A stretch of 63,925 nt of DNA, counting the filler, from Octopus bimaculoides (Eukaryota), in assembly GCF_001194135.2 (NCBI RefSeq). It is 5 parts of 5 records of this genome, joined end to end, with 100 filler letters (N's around TTAATTAATTAA, not from the genome) between each part and the next. Parts side by side here need not be neighbours in the genome. Positions count along the whole stretch, not along the records: positions 39,476 to 60,503 come from NC_068983.1; positions 60,604 to 62,521 come from NC_068990.1; 3 more parts are not named here. The stretch is one strand, 5' to 3'. Below, one piece after another: positions 51,601 to 62,289 of this stretch (position 1 is its first letter; the number at the start of each line of letters is the position of its first letter). The notes under the pieces are model-generated. The model was not told the DNA's origin, ran no database searches, and saw only the letters and a program-made list of their open reading frames with translations. The position numbers were made by a program, and so were the translations under genes.

Positions 51601-51994
51601 CTTTATATCATTTAATAATAACCTTGTTACTATTACAATGGTTGTAGCAGGTTAAATCAAAACAGTGTGACAAAAGGATGAGTCATATTTATAAGAACTA
51701 TGCCTATGACAAACAACTTAACTTTCACAATACAGTCCTTTTTCCTGCAACTAAGTATCATGGATATATATAACTCACCACTGTTAAAACTTGGAGTACC
51801 ATATAATTAATGACTGGAGTTTTGTATAATCTATGAGTTTTTTTTCTTTTCACTTGCAAATTCAGGTCATTCTTTGTGCTTGATGAGAAAACAGTGGGAG
51901 TTATTCTTCCTTTCAGCTTGAGATCAGAGACTCTAATTGCCTTGGTATCCCTATCAGTAGAATTGGGGGAAGGTTGTGTGTAACAATCTGCCTG

Positions 51995-52144
51995 ATTTAC
52001 CTTATTTACATTTAGCAGATATTTGTCCTCATCTTGGTTGTTGTTAACACAACGTTTCGGCTGATATACCCTCCAGCCTTCATCAGGTGTCTTGGGGAAA
52101 TTTCAAACCTGGGTTCTCATTCCTAAGGTATTTTTCGATGATGA

Positions 52145-52192
<48 letters not shown>

Positions 52193-52256
52193 CATTCAGG
52201 TTACTGCCTGGAATCGAACTCAGGATCTTGGGGTTAGTAGCCCATGCTCTTAACCA
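51995..52256 (-). mobile_element. tRNA(Arg)-like SINE, family 4: tRNA head, (AAT)n, HHR-bearing body, (GTAAAT)-like tail
   Basis: Head tggttaagagcatgggctactaaccccaagatcctgagttcgattccaggcagt resembles eukaryotic tRNA-Arg(ACG); HHR at 52046-52091. Confidence 0.8.
52046..52091 (-). ncRNA. Minimal type I hammerhead ribozyme (Penelope-type, palindromic ACGU in place of stem III)
   Basis: GACAC CUGAUGA A GGCUG gaggguauau CAGCC GAA ACGU U GUGUU: intact core, 5-bp stem II, 5-bp stem I (one G-U), GUU cleavage triplet. Confidence 0.8.
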
Positions 52257-52257
52257 T

Positions 52258-52440
52258 GGGCATATGGCATAGTGGTTAAGAATGCGGGCTACTAACCCCA
52301 AGATTCTGAGTTCGATTCCAGGCAGTGTGGTTAAGAAGTTAGCTTTAGAATCACATGGTTCTGGATTTGATCCTACAGTGTAGTACCTTGGGCAAGTGTT
52401 GTCTACACAAACCAGTTCAACCGACATTTGTGAATGGAAG
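52258..52440 (+). mobile_element. Inverted second tRNA-like head (52258-52326) fused to a family-2 CORE-like SINE
   Basis: gggcatatggcatagtggttaagaatgcgggctactaaccccaagattctgagttcgattccaggcagt, followed by gtggttaagaag...gtaccttgggcaagtgttgtc. Confidence 0.8.
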
Positions 52441-53833
52441 CCATTTATGTATGTATCAATATATATGTATGCATGTCTATCTGTCTGTCTGTTTGTGTAT
52501 CCGTTCATCTGTCTGTTCTTTGTATATATTTCACTGATGTATACTGGTGAAATGTACAAACACCATTGTGGAACTTGAAAAGCTGATGCTCTAGGAATGA
52601 AGTTCCTTGAGATACACCAACTTACCAACTCTCCCTTGTTACTGTTGCCATTAGGAAAGCAGGGGACAGAAAACCTGTAACCAATGATCAATATTATTGT
52701 CTATATTGCTAAAATAAATAAAATAATACTCTGAGGTACTGATTCACTCACCAAATGTGGATAATTTAATTAACCATTAGAGGTTTCGTCTCACTTCACT
52801 AGATAAAATTGTAACAAGTATAACCCATTCTGTGTCAAACCCTGCAAGCCCCACACAGACTTTTATACCCAAGTCTTTCTCCCCTGAATATCAGCTGTGC
52901 AGCGTTCCCTCTTTGTACATGTCTTTTCTGCAGTTGTTCAAGAAGAACATTAATCAAATTTGATCTCACTGTTCTCAGAGGGTTATGAATGCCAAGGGCT
53001 TAGTCATTTCTTCCAGACCAAACCCTGTAAGTAAAATACCTTCTCACTTTGATACTCAGAATATCTCAGCAATTATCTCCAGTCTATTGCTAAAATCTTT
53101 AATTCCTTTCCATGTTAAGACATGATTACTTTCTATTGAAGCTCTGTTTACTTAATGCAAACATGTCTAAACACAATCTACAGGGGATGGACAAAATAAT
53201 GGAAACACCTTAAAATTTCAAACAAATTTATTTTAATATGGGGTAGGACCGCCTTTGGCAGTAATTACAGCTTGAATTCTATGAGGTATGGACTCGTACA
53301 AAGTTTGAATTGTTTCCAAAGGAATTTTTGTCCACTCTTCTGCTAAAGCAGTCTCCAGTTCTTGTAGTGATGATGGTGGAGGATATCGACTCTACTTGTT
53401 TTTTCTAAAATGCACCATAAATGTTCAATGATATTGAGATCCGGGGACTGTGGTGGCCAGATAAGATGTTCAACTTCACTAGAATGTTCCTCGTGCCATT
53501 CAGTAAGAACTTTAGCTGTGTGAATTGGTGCATTATCATCCTGAAAGATTGTGCTTCCCTCTGGAAACAGTTGCGCAACCATAGTATGAATTTGATCAGA
53601 TAAAATGCTTAAATAGTCTTGACTATTAATTCTGCCATGAAGGGAAAACACTGGGCTAGCGGATTTCCAAGATATAGCCCCCCAGATCATCACAGATCCT
53701 CCACCATGTTTAACAGTTGAAAGATGGCAGTCTGGGTCAAATGCTTCTTTTGGCTGTCTCCACGTGTATATTCAGCCGGTGGTTGGAAATAGAGTAAAGG
53801 ATGACTTATCCGAGAAAATAACATTCTTCCACT

Positions 53834-54066
53834 AATTTCTTCATTGCCCACAAGGGGCTAAACATAGAGGGGACAAACAAGGACAGACAAAGGGATTAAG
53901 TTGATTATATTGACCCCAGTGCGTAACTGATACTTAATTTATCGACCCTAAAAGGATGAAAGGCAAAGTCAAGCTCGGCGGAATTTTAACTCTGAACGTA
54001 TCAGCAGACGAAATACCACTAAGCATTTCGCCCCGCGTGCTAACGATTCTGCCAGCTCACTGCCTT
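53834..54066 (-). mobile_element. Full-length family-1 SINE inserted in the Tc1 ORF with 11-bp TSD attcttccact
   Basis: TSD at 53823-53833 and 54067-54077; closely matches the 7257 copy. Confidence 0.92.
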
Positions 54067-54067
54067 A

Positions 54068-54280
54068 TTCTTCCACTGCTCTAGGGATCAATTCTTCACA
54101 TTCTTCCACTTCTCCACATTCTTCCACTGCTCTAGGGATCAATTCTTCACATTCTTCCACTTCTCCACATTCTTCCACTGCTCTAGGGATCAGTTCTTCA
54201 CATTCTTCCACTGCTCTAGGGATCAATTCTTCACATTCTTCCACTTCTCCACATTCTTCTACTGCTCTAGGGATCAATTC
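54068..54280. repeat. 51/33-bp tandem array built from transposase sequence and the SINE TSD
   Basis: gctctagggatca recurs five times (periods 51, 51, 33, 51). Confidence 0.95.
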
Positions 54281-54858
54281 TGTAGGTTTTTACTCCACTC
54301 TAAATGTTTTGCAATGTTTATTTTTGAAAGTAGTGGTTTCCTGATTGCAGCCATCCTGTGAAATGCAGCTTTGTACAGCTCCCAGCAAACAGTTTTTGTG
54401 GAAACTGGGTTCTTGAGGTGATCATTAAGCTCTGCAGTAATTTTAGGAGATGTACTTTTGTGATTCTTTCTTACAATTCGTGTAAGAGTCTGATAGTCAC
54501 TATCTGAAAGTTTTAGTCTTCTTCCAGAATTCCCCTCTTTCTCAAAGGCTGTCATTACTTTCGAGACAGTACTTCTTGATACACCAAACATTTTGGTTGT
54601 TTTCATTATGCTAGCACCTGTCATATGAGCACCAGCAATTTGACCTCTTTGAAAGTTTGATAGATCTGTCATTTTAATGAATTTTAATTATCTTTTTCTC
54701 ATAATATCTGAAAAGAAACAGCAATTTTAGAAAAACATATTAAGCAACACCAATAATAAATAAAAAAACATAAAAATAAACAAGCTTTTGATGGTTTTGT
54801 AGATATTTCAAGATTATGATGCTATGATGTTAGGTGTTTCCATTATTTTGTCCAACCC

Positions 54859-54920
54859 ATCATCATCATCATCATCATCATCATCGTTTAACGTCCGCTT
54901 TCCATGCTGGCATGGGTTGG
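54859..54920 (-). mobile_element. RTE-type 3' tail with (CAT)n abutting and clipping the Tc1 TIR
   Basis: catcatcatcgtttaacgtccgctttccatgctggcatgggttggac. Confidence 0.7.
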
Positions 54921-55154
54921 ACATATAAATTAATGATTTCCAACCAGGGTGTCACGTATGTGTTTGGGGTTTTGTGAAGTTTTCCCTGGAGCTTATATTT
55001 TATTCTATTGAAGTAAAAATAAGGGGTATCACCTAATTTAAGTATAGAGAGATAGGATAATGAGGTCACAAAATTAAAGAAACCTACTGATATGCAAACA
55101 AAGTCAACTATTTAAAGCTTTACTTCAAATTAAAGTAACATATTATTATTATTG

Positions 55155-55330
55155 CTGGACAAAATGCTTAGCAGTATTTCATCTGCTTTTACATATGAAG
55201 TTCAAATTCTGCCGAGGTTGACTTTGTCTTTCATAGTATTGCAGTCAATAAAACAAACACCAATTGAGTCACTGTAATCAACTAATCTCTCCCCTAAAAT
55301 TTCAGGCCTAAATTTTCTCTTAAAACTTCA
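55155..55330 (+). mobile_element. Family-1 SINE, CpG-decayed
   Basis: aaatgcttagcagtatttcatc...agttcaaattctgccgaggttgactttg...aaaatttcaggcct. Confidence 0.75.
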
Positions 55331-55384
55331 GAAAGGATTATTATTATCATTACTATTGATTTGATTCAGATTCGTTCTTATTCC

Positions 55385-55635
55385 TGGCAGGATTTATGTG
55401 GGTAGCAGGTAACTTTAGGTATCCACAAGCTTTCAATAGTCTTTCAAGTGCTTAAAACCTTCCTGGTAATCTTTCCTGTCCCTAAGTGGCAAATTTTCTG
55501 TTGAATCTCTACAGGACATTCTGTTCCAATTTCCTTCAACCATTTGTCTATATCTTTACTCAGTTCCCAATGCACCAATTATTACAATTACAATCTTTAC
55601 AGTTTTCATACTCCATATTCTTGCAATTTCAAATA
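55385..55635 (-). mobile_element. R4/Dong-like LINE 3' end
   Basis: FEIARIWSMKTVKIVIVIIGALG...KDIDKWLKEIGTECPVEIQQKICHLGTGKITRKVL. Confidence 0.8.
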
Positions 55636-55679
55636 TCATCATCATTATTATTATTGTGGGATGGATCCATCTGTCAGCC

Positions 55680-56262
55680 AAGCCTGTAGTGATGATTGCA
55701 TCACTACCCTACTTCAATTGAGCAAGCAAGGCAGTTTTCCTTTGCCTGGTGGCTGTGGCGAAAGAGGTTGTTTGGTGGAGAAGGCTGAAAAACAATGAGG
55801 ACAGATACATTTCTCTTTGATAGAGCGCTCATTGACTTTTTCAAGTTTCACTTAAAAAGGAAATTGAGAGTGGAGTGGGAAGGGCTGTCCTCAAGTGAGT
55901 TTATTGAAAGGTGGGTGAAAGTTGAGAAACTGGCAAGAGTGGACGGTACCTCACTAAGTGTAGACCTGTGAGTTGGCGAGAAGGAATTGGAGAGGGCACT
56001 TGCTCATGGGGTTTCAGAGAAGTCTCGGACAGTGGGGTTCCTTGATTATCCCTAGAGACATTCCTGTATCAGGAGGACCACATCTCTATCACCCCACCTT
56101 TTTTTTTTATTACCTTTGTATACTATGCATATGTCACTTTTTCTTCCAGTTTATACCATGTATACTTTTTTTTTATCATTTCATTTCTATATGTAAACCC
56201 CCACACTTTATGTCTGTTTCTGTATCGTCCTTCTCATCCTTCAGCCATGTGGAAAATAAATG
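55680..56262 (+). mobile_element. Tx1/L1-like LINE 3' end with 3' UTR
   Basis: AVFLCLVAVAKEVVWWRRLK...FFKFHLKRKLRVEWEGLSSSEFIERWV; AATAAA, then (ATT)n. Confidence 0.6.
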
Positions 56263-56288
56263 AAATTATTATTATTATTATTATTATT

Positions 56289-56400
56289 AAGGTGGCGAGC
56301 TGGCTGAATCATTATCACACCGGGCAAAATGCTTAGTAGCATTTCGTCCATCTTTACATTCCAAGTTCTAATTCAGGCCTTGTGCCTTTAGTAGAATGGG
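56289..56400 (+). mobile_element. Family-1 SINE, internally deleted, between (ATT)n runs
   Basis: taaggtggcgagctggc...aaatgcttag...aggccttgtgcctttagtagaa. Confidence 0.75.
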
Positions 56401-56419
56401 TTATTATTATTGTTGTTGT

Positions 56420-59310
56420 TGCTATTCTGAAAGACTCTCTGACAGTTCTTAATTACTGGTTATTCTTTACTTGAAAGCAGGCAATAACAAATCACCAAAG
56501 GTTTCAAGTAGTGCCTTCTCCTGTGACTCAAAGAAACAATACTCACCTTAGAATGTGAGCTGTACCCAACAATGCTGTCTTCTGGATCACCTTGAGCCTG
56601 GCAGCAGCTCCAATATTCTTAATATGTTTTGCAAAGCCCTTGGAAACTGCTCCTAATGCTCCAATTATCACCGCTTTCACTCATGCCCCATAACTTTCCT
56701 ATTTTATCCCACAGTGACTGATATTTCTCAATCTTTTCTGTTTCCTTACATTTCACCCTCAAATTACCTGGTATTGCAATATCTATTATCTTTATTTCTT
56801 TTCCCTCTTTATGGATGATCACGATATCTGGCCATCTCGCCTATGTGACTTGGTTGCACTGCATGTTAAAATCCCAGAGTATTTTGTAATGTTCATTTTC
56901 CATTACTCCCTCTGGCTTGTGTTCATATCATTGTTCAACTCTCTCGAGGTCTGCTTTACCACAAAACAGCCAGTAGGCATATCTGGCCACATTGTCATGT
57001 CTCCTTTTGTATTTGTGTTGTGTGAGCTTACGGCGCTCACTAACAATATGGCTTATACTTTCTCCCTTCTCAGAGCAAATCCTACACTGTGGCATGTCAG
57101 TGCTTTTATCAGTGTGATATTTGGAGTAGTTTGTTCCGAGAGCTTGTTCTTGAGCACTCCACACTAATGCCTCAGTGGGCCCTTTTAAGTCTTCTTTCTG
57201 CAGCCATTACCAGGTTCTGTTCCAATCGATCTCATCTTTATTCTTCAAGAACTGACTGTGCATTTTCTTGTCCTGCCAAATTTTCTTCATCTTATTCGGA
57301 CTGAGAAAAAACACATATACTGATAGCCTTTTTGACTTGCTAATATTATTAGCAAAATATTTTATACATAAAAGCAAAGTGGCAAAAAACACTCTCAGCT
57401 TCAAACATTTTAGACACTTTGTGCAAGACAGATATTGAATTGAAAAAACAGATCATACAATGAAAACAAGTAAGATAAATTTTATAAAAAATGGAGCCTC
57501 AACCTTGAGTTTGTAAACACGTCGTGTTACTTCTTGTAGAACTGTATTAAGATATTATGAGTGATTGAGTGTGTAGTCTATTTTATTTTATTCTATTTTA
57601 AAATTTTTTATTCATCCTTTTCTCTCTCTTTTTCTTTCTTTTTTTTTCTTTTATTTATTAATAGTTTTTTATTTCTATTTTTGTTGCTTTCTCTTTTTCT
57701 TTCTCTTCAAAAAAAACTTGTTCTCCATTTGCTTTATATGATATTTCACAGTCCCCTGGCTGTACTGTTTCAAATTATAACAGGGAAAACTGGAAATAAA
57801 GAGTTAATTATAAAAAAAAAATTTCATCATCTGCTCTCTCTGGTCTTTCTTAAATTGCGTTGGATCTACGGCTTTGTTCACTTTTAAGGTTCCCTGCATT
57901 TTCACTGCTTCAATCATTTCTTCTTTACTCCCCTTGATATACCAAGCCAGGCTATTCTCCTCTTCCCTTACACAACCTTCACAACACACCAATCCCCATC
58001 CTCCTTCTTCCCTCTTTACATACAATCTTGACACATCACTCTTGGGGTGTAGTTCCTTGTCATTAATTTAAGTGTTCTCCGGTCTGTCTCTTGTAATTCA
58101 TGCTTCTTCCAAGATACTATTCTTGCCCCATATCTCATGAAAGCAACTGCCCACATGTTAATTGCTCTAATCTTATTATGGCCATTTAGTTTTGATTGGA
58201 GCACAAGCCGAGTTCTCAAATACTCTTTCCTGTACATTTCTTGTGTTCATTCATCTTATCTCTTTCAATGATGCTCAGGTACATATATCCTTCCTCTCTG
58301 ACTTTTCACCACTTTCCAGCTTGATCCGATGGCTTTTACTGATTTTCCCCTTTTTGAGAATCCTTACACCACATTTCTCGATCTCAAATTCCATGCCAAT
58401 ATCTTTGCTAATCATCTGCACAGTTGCTGTCAAACTCTCAATTTCTTTCTCAGTCTTAGCGAATAGCTTTAGGTCATTCATAAACCACAATTTGTTTACT
58501 TTCACCCTGCCTAGCATGTACCCCACATGCATCTTTCTTAAAACATTCGTTAGTGGCAGTATACAGACAACAAATAGGAGAGGCAACAGACTGTCCCCTT
58601 GAAAGATTCCTCTTTTGATATTTACCTCTCCCAGCTTATCTCCCCATACTGTGAGTTCAGTTCGTCACGTCATCATTGAGTTTTGAATTAGCTTCAAGAT
58701 ATTGTGTGAGACCTTAAGCAGTTTAAGGCATTCAATAATCCATGAGTGTAGGACCATGTCATATGCTTTCCTCTAGTCCACCCATGTCATTGCCAAATTT
58801 TTGTGTCTCCTCTTGCAATCAGCCAGGATAGTCTTATGGATTAGTAACTGATCCTCTATTCCTCTGCTCTTACGTCTACGCCCTTTTTGTTCCACTGGTA
58901 GTAGATCATTCTTATCCAGATACTTATAGATGCTGTTTGATATGATGTATGTCATCAGTTTCCACATCAGTGGCAAACAAAATACTGGTCGGAAATTTCC
59001 AACTGCATTCCCTTTATTTGGGTCCTTCTGGCACAGTACCATTCTTCTTTTTGTCATCCAGGCCAGTACTTGGATGTCACTACTCAGTATTTTGTCCATC
59101 TGTCTTGCAATTCTCAGGTTTTTAAGCCAAAAGCCCTGAACCCCATCTGGGCCAGGAACTTTCCAGTAAGGAATTTTCCTGCACTGATCTCTAATCATCT
59201 CCTCAGTTATTCTTGAATCCTCCTGCTGATACTCTCCACTCTCCTCTTTAACAATTTGTTGTTCTCCTTTGTTCATTTTAATCTCCTTCACTACTGAGGT
59301 TCGGCAGTAA
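56420..59310 (-). mobile_element. R4/Dong-like LINE: decayed RT, CCHC zinc finger and restriction-like endonuclease, interrupted at about 57300-57790
   Basis: WKVPGPDGVQGFWLK...GNFRPVFCLPLMWKL...EQKG...LAMTWVD; GIFQGDSLLPLLF...LWFMNDLKL; AQEQAL.TN...CRIC..KGESISHIVSE; ILWDF...PDIVIIHKEGKEIKIIDIAIP...EKIEKYQ. Confidence 0.92.
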
Positions 59311-59768
59311 CTTGATTATGACCAGGCCTACACTAGGCACAACTCCTCTACACAACTTCTTCTCTAAAAGCTTCAACCTTGACACTGTTAAGATTATTAG
59401 CATTTCTCTCATAATTGAGGTATGTGTTTTAAGGTTACCACCTATGAGCAATTATATCATGCTACCATCACTATACAGGTTGTTGGCCAAGACTTCTGAA
59501 AAGCGTATCTGCCCTCATTTAAGCTGGTTTACCTATACTGGTCATTACCTCCAGTATTTATGGTTGTAGTACTTAAAGACTCATATAGTGGATGGCTGTT
59601 GACTCTATTGAGATCATCCACCCTTTAACAGGTTTTGTTTTTCATCCTGGAGTGAGTCCAACAAAAGCCACTCTCCTTATCAGGTAAGCGCTTGGTAGGG
59701 TTGCCAAATTAGTCATTGATGGCCCGACTATGAATCAGATTGTACTAGATAACATCTTACCAATGGCA

Positions 59769-59800
<32 letters not shown>

Positions 59801-59819
59801 TAGTAGTAGTAGTAGTATT

Positions 59820-60503
59820 CAGTAGTCTTATTTTTATTGTATTTCTTGGGTGTGTACTGTGATTTGTTTTGGTGTTGTTATTTTTATTAAACTGAAAGTG
59901 CTTAGGATGTGTGCAGTACCTACCAGTGCTATTTTCTGTGTGCTATATATATATTCTCATAAACCCTGGTGTTTTGGTTATGCACTAGCCTGTATGTTTT
60001 TTGACAACACTTAAAGCACCTGTTATTGTTGAGATTGTCTTTGTCTACAGGTTTCACATTAGGGTTATTCCAGATCTTTGTATTTTGAGAGCTACACCAT
60101 TTCTTTTAGAGATACATTGACATCTGTTGGAACTGATATATCAATTAGACGGAATTTTTTGTCTTGGTGGTCCCCGACAAAATTATTATTATTGTTCAGT
60201 AGTTTTATTTTTATAACGTGCTTTCACTTCACTACCGAGCGCAGCTCTGTGCACCTTGGGTATGTGCTGTGGTTTGCTGTGGTGCTCTTATGTTTACTGT
60301 ATTGAAAGTGTTTTGTGTAGAATGTGTGCAGTACCCAGTAGTGCAATTTTCTGTATGTTATATATATTTGTAAGTCCTGGTGTTTTTGTTATGTATTTGT
60401 CTGAATATTTTTTTATTATACCTAAGGCACCTACTATGATAGGAATTGTTTCTGTTTTTAGATTCCACATTCGAGTTATCTCTATTTCCAGGTCTTTGTA
60501 TTT
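59820..60503 (-). mobile_element. Two tandem R4/Dong-like 3' ends
   Basis: KYKDLEIEITRMWNLKTETIPIIVGALGIIKK...IQKIALLGTAHIL at 60190-60503; a homologous, more decayed copy lies at 59820-60160. Confidence 0.85.
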
Positions 60504-60603
60504 NNNNNNNNNNNNNNNNNNNNNNNNNNNNNNNNNNNNNNNNNNNNTTAATTAATTAANNNNNNNNNNNNNNNNNNNNNNNNNNNNNNNNNNNNNNNNN
60601 NNN
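60504..60603. other. Artificial 100-bp scaffold spacer
   Basis: 44N-TTAATTAATTAA-44N. Confidence 0.95.
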
Positions 60604-60995
60604 CCACAGGGAATTTCAATCCCAGAGCCTAAATCAGTGAGCGACCTGGGTATCAACATGAGTGATGATACCTCTTTCCTAGTGCACATTACCAGGATGG
60701 CAACAAAGTGCAGATGACTGGCTGGATGGATCCTGAGAACATTCAGAACCAGGGATAAGGAAACCATGATGGTCCTCTGGAGAACATTCGTCCTCAGTCA
60801 CCTGGATTACTGCTCACAGCTATGGTCATCCACAAGTGTGAAATTAACTGTGGACCTTGAAGCAATCCAGAGAAGATTCACGAAGAAGATCATCTCTTTG
60901 TAACTGCTCAGCTACTAGGAAAGGCTGAAACAGCTAAGGCTCTACTCCCTGGAGAGAAGGCAGGAGAGGTATGCAGTAATATACATCTGGAAGAT
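60604..60995 (+). mobile_element. CR1/L2-group LINE RT C-terminal fragment
   Basis: VSDLGINMSDD...AGWILRTFRTRDKETMMVLWRTFVLSHLDYCSQLWS...LEAIQRRFTKKI...ERLKQLRLYSLERRQERYAVIYIWK. Confidence 0.9.
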
Positions 60996-61204
60996 GTATA
61001 TTGTGAAAAACTTTGTGAAAAACTTAAAAAATCGATTTTTTGCATTTTTGCAAAGTTACACGGTAGAAAACTCTTTACTGGAAATCTGATTTCCTCGGTT
61101 TTTACAGCAAAAAAACCACCATGTAACAGCTGTTCTATCAAGTATTATGTCGAAAGGCATCCCTGTGTGACAAAAGACCGTGAAAAACTGTGAAAAAATC
61201 GATT

Positions 61205-62000
61205 TGTTTCAAGTTTTGCATCTTGAGAATGGCCAGAGAGTCTACTTCTCCAGCTCTAATGCTTTTCAGCTGGCACAAGAACCCAAGGACACCGTGCTCA
61301 CCACCTTCAAACTATGCGCCAATGACTCCTTCGCCAAGATCCTCCTGTATCCCCAGGTTCCATCATATTACATTTGGAAAAAGAAAACACACATTTGGGA
61401 ATCAAGGAAACAAGGACAACCCGCCAAGGGGCAGCCAAACTTAAAATCTTCCCCCACCCATGGAAGAGTTTACACAGTTTGCCCTAACCAACAGGAATGA
61501 TTTTACCTTCGCCTAGTGCTGCATGAGGTCACGGGACTGACATCTTTTGATGACCTGAAAAGCTTCAATGGTGAAGTTTTTGCTACATACCGTGATGCCT
61601 GCCTTAAACGTGGCCTGCTAGAAAACGGCGCTCAGTGGGACACAACAATGGTGGAAGCAACTACAATATGCTCAGCGAGGAGTCTTTGAAAGCTCTTTGC
61701 AGTGCTACTGCAAACATGTGAACTCAGTGATCCTGTAACCTTATGGGAGAAATACAGGGGAGACCTTTAAGAGGACTACCACCACAAAGGACAACTTCTG
61801 TTGCCTCACTTGAATGTCGGTTTCAATGATGAATTCTTCAACAGAGCATCGACATTGAGGACAGTCTACTTACTGTCAGCAGTAACGACCTTTCCTTTTA
61901 TGGTCTACTGAAAGTCAGCAGAACGAACTCGCACACACTACTAACAATCGTTATTCAGGAAACAGCCTATGATGTCGATGCTCTTCAACAATACATCAAT
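61205..62000 (+). pseudogene. Helitron Rep-helicase fragment (inter-domain region), disrupted
   Basis: LHLENGQRVYF...LLYPQVPSYYIW...RKQG...GRVYTV.PNQQE.FYLRLVLHEV.G.TSFDDLK..NG..FATYRDACLKRGLLE...QWDTTM.EA...LFAVLLQTCELSDPVTLWEKY. Confidence 0.93.
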
Positions 62001-62229
62001 GAAATGTTGTCTACCGTGAGGTGCTGTAGGCCATCAAACATATACTATATATATCTGTACACATATAGCAACTTTATTTTATATACTTTTGACCTAGGTG
62101 CCTTTTGTTAAACTTCCCCTGCTCCATTATAAACTGGTCTGCTCGTAGAGAAAACCCCCCAACCTATAACAGTTTGTCACTGAAACCATAAGAATCTCTA
62201 TAACCATATCATCCATGTATATTGCTTAC

Positions 62230-62289
62230 CCCTTTCCCTTTCCCTATAAGGAAAAGGCTGGTGCCCTCTTAAGCTTTGAATCACTAGGT
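62230..62289 (-). other. Candidate 60-nt exon
   Basis: Acceptor ttttatttgtttttggtttcatcttatcag| and donor AAGGG|gtaagc; one open frame (LVIQSLRGHQPFPYRERER, phase 1-1). Confidence 0.35.

Larger units (their letters stand above)
53181..54858 (-). mobile_element. Near-complete Tc1-like transposon with DD36E transposase, interrupted by a SINE and a tandem array
   Basis: TA|caggggatggacaaaataatggaaacacct and aggtgtttccattattttgtccaaccc TIRs; N-terminal ORF 54274-54672; catalytic ORF QDDNAPIHTAKVLTEWHEEHSSEVEHLIWPPQSPDLNIIEHLW (36 residues between D and E). Confidence 0.95.

Noticed and set aside
51866-51945. Strong acceptor with a phase-2 open frame (SFFVLDEKTVGVILPFSLRSETLIAL)
   Set aside because: The phase would fit exon 14729-14813, but it is 37 kb away across a scaffold spacer, has a weak donor and shows no clear TNF motif.
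54065-54277. 70-aa repetitive ORF (IPRAVEECGEVEECEEL)n
   Set aside because: It is an out-of-frame reading of the tandem array inside the Tc1 transposase; there is no evidence of a gene.
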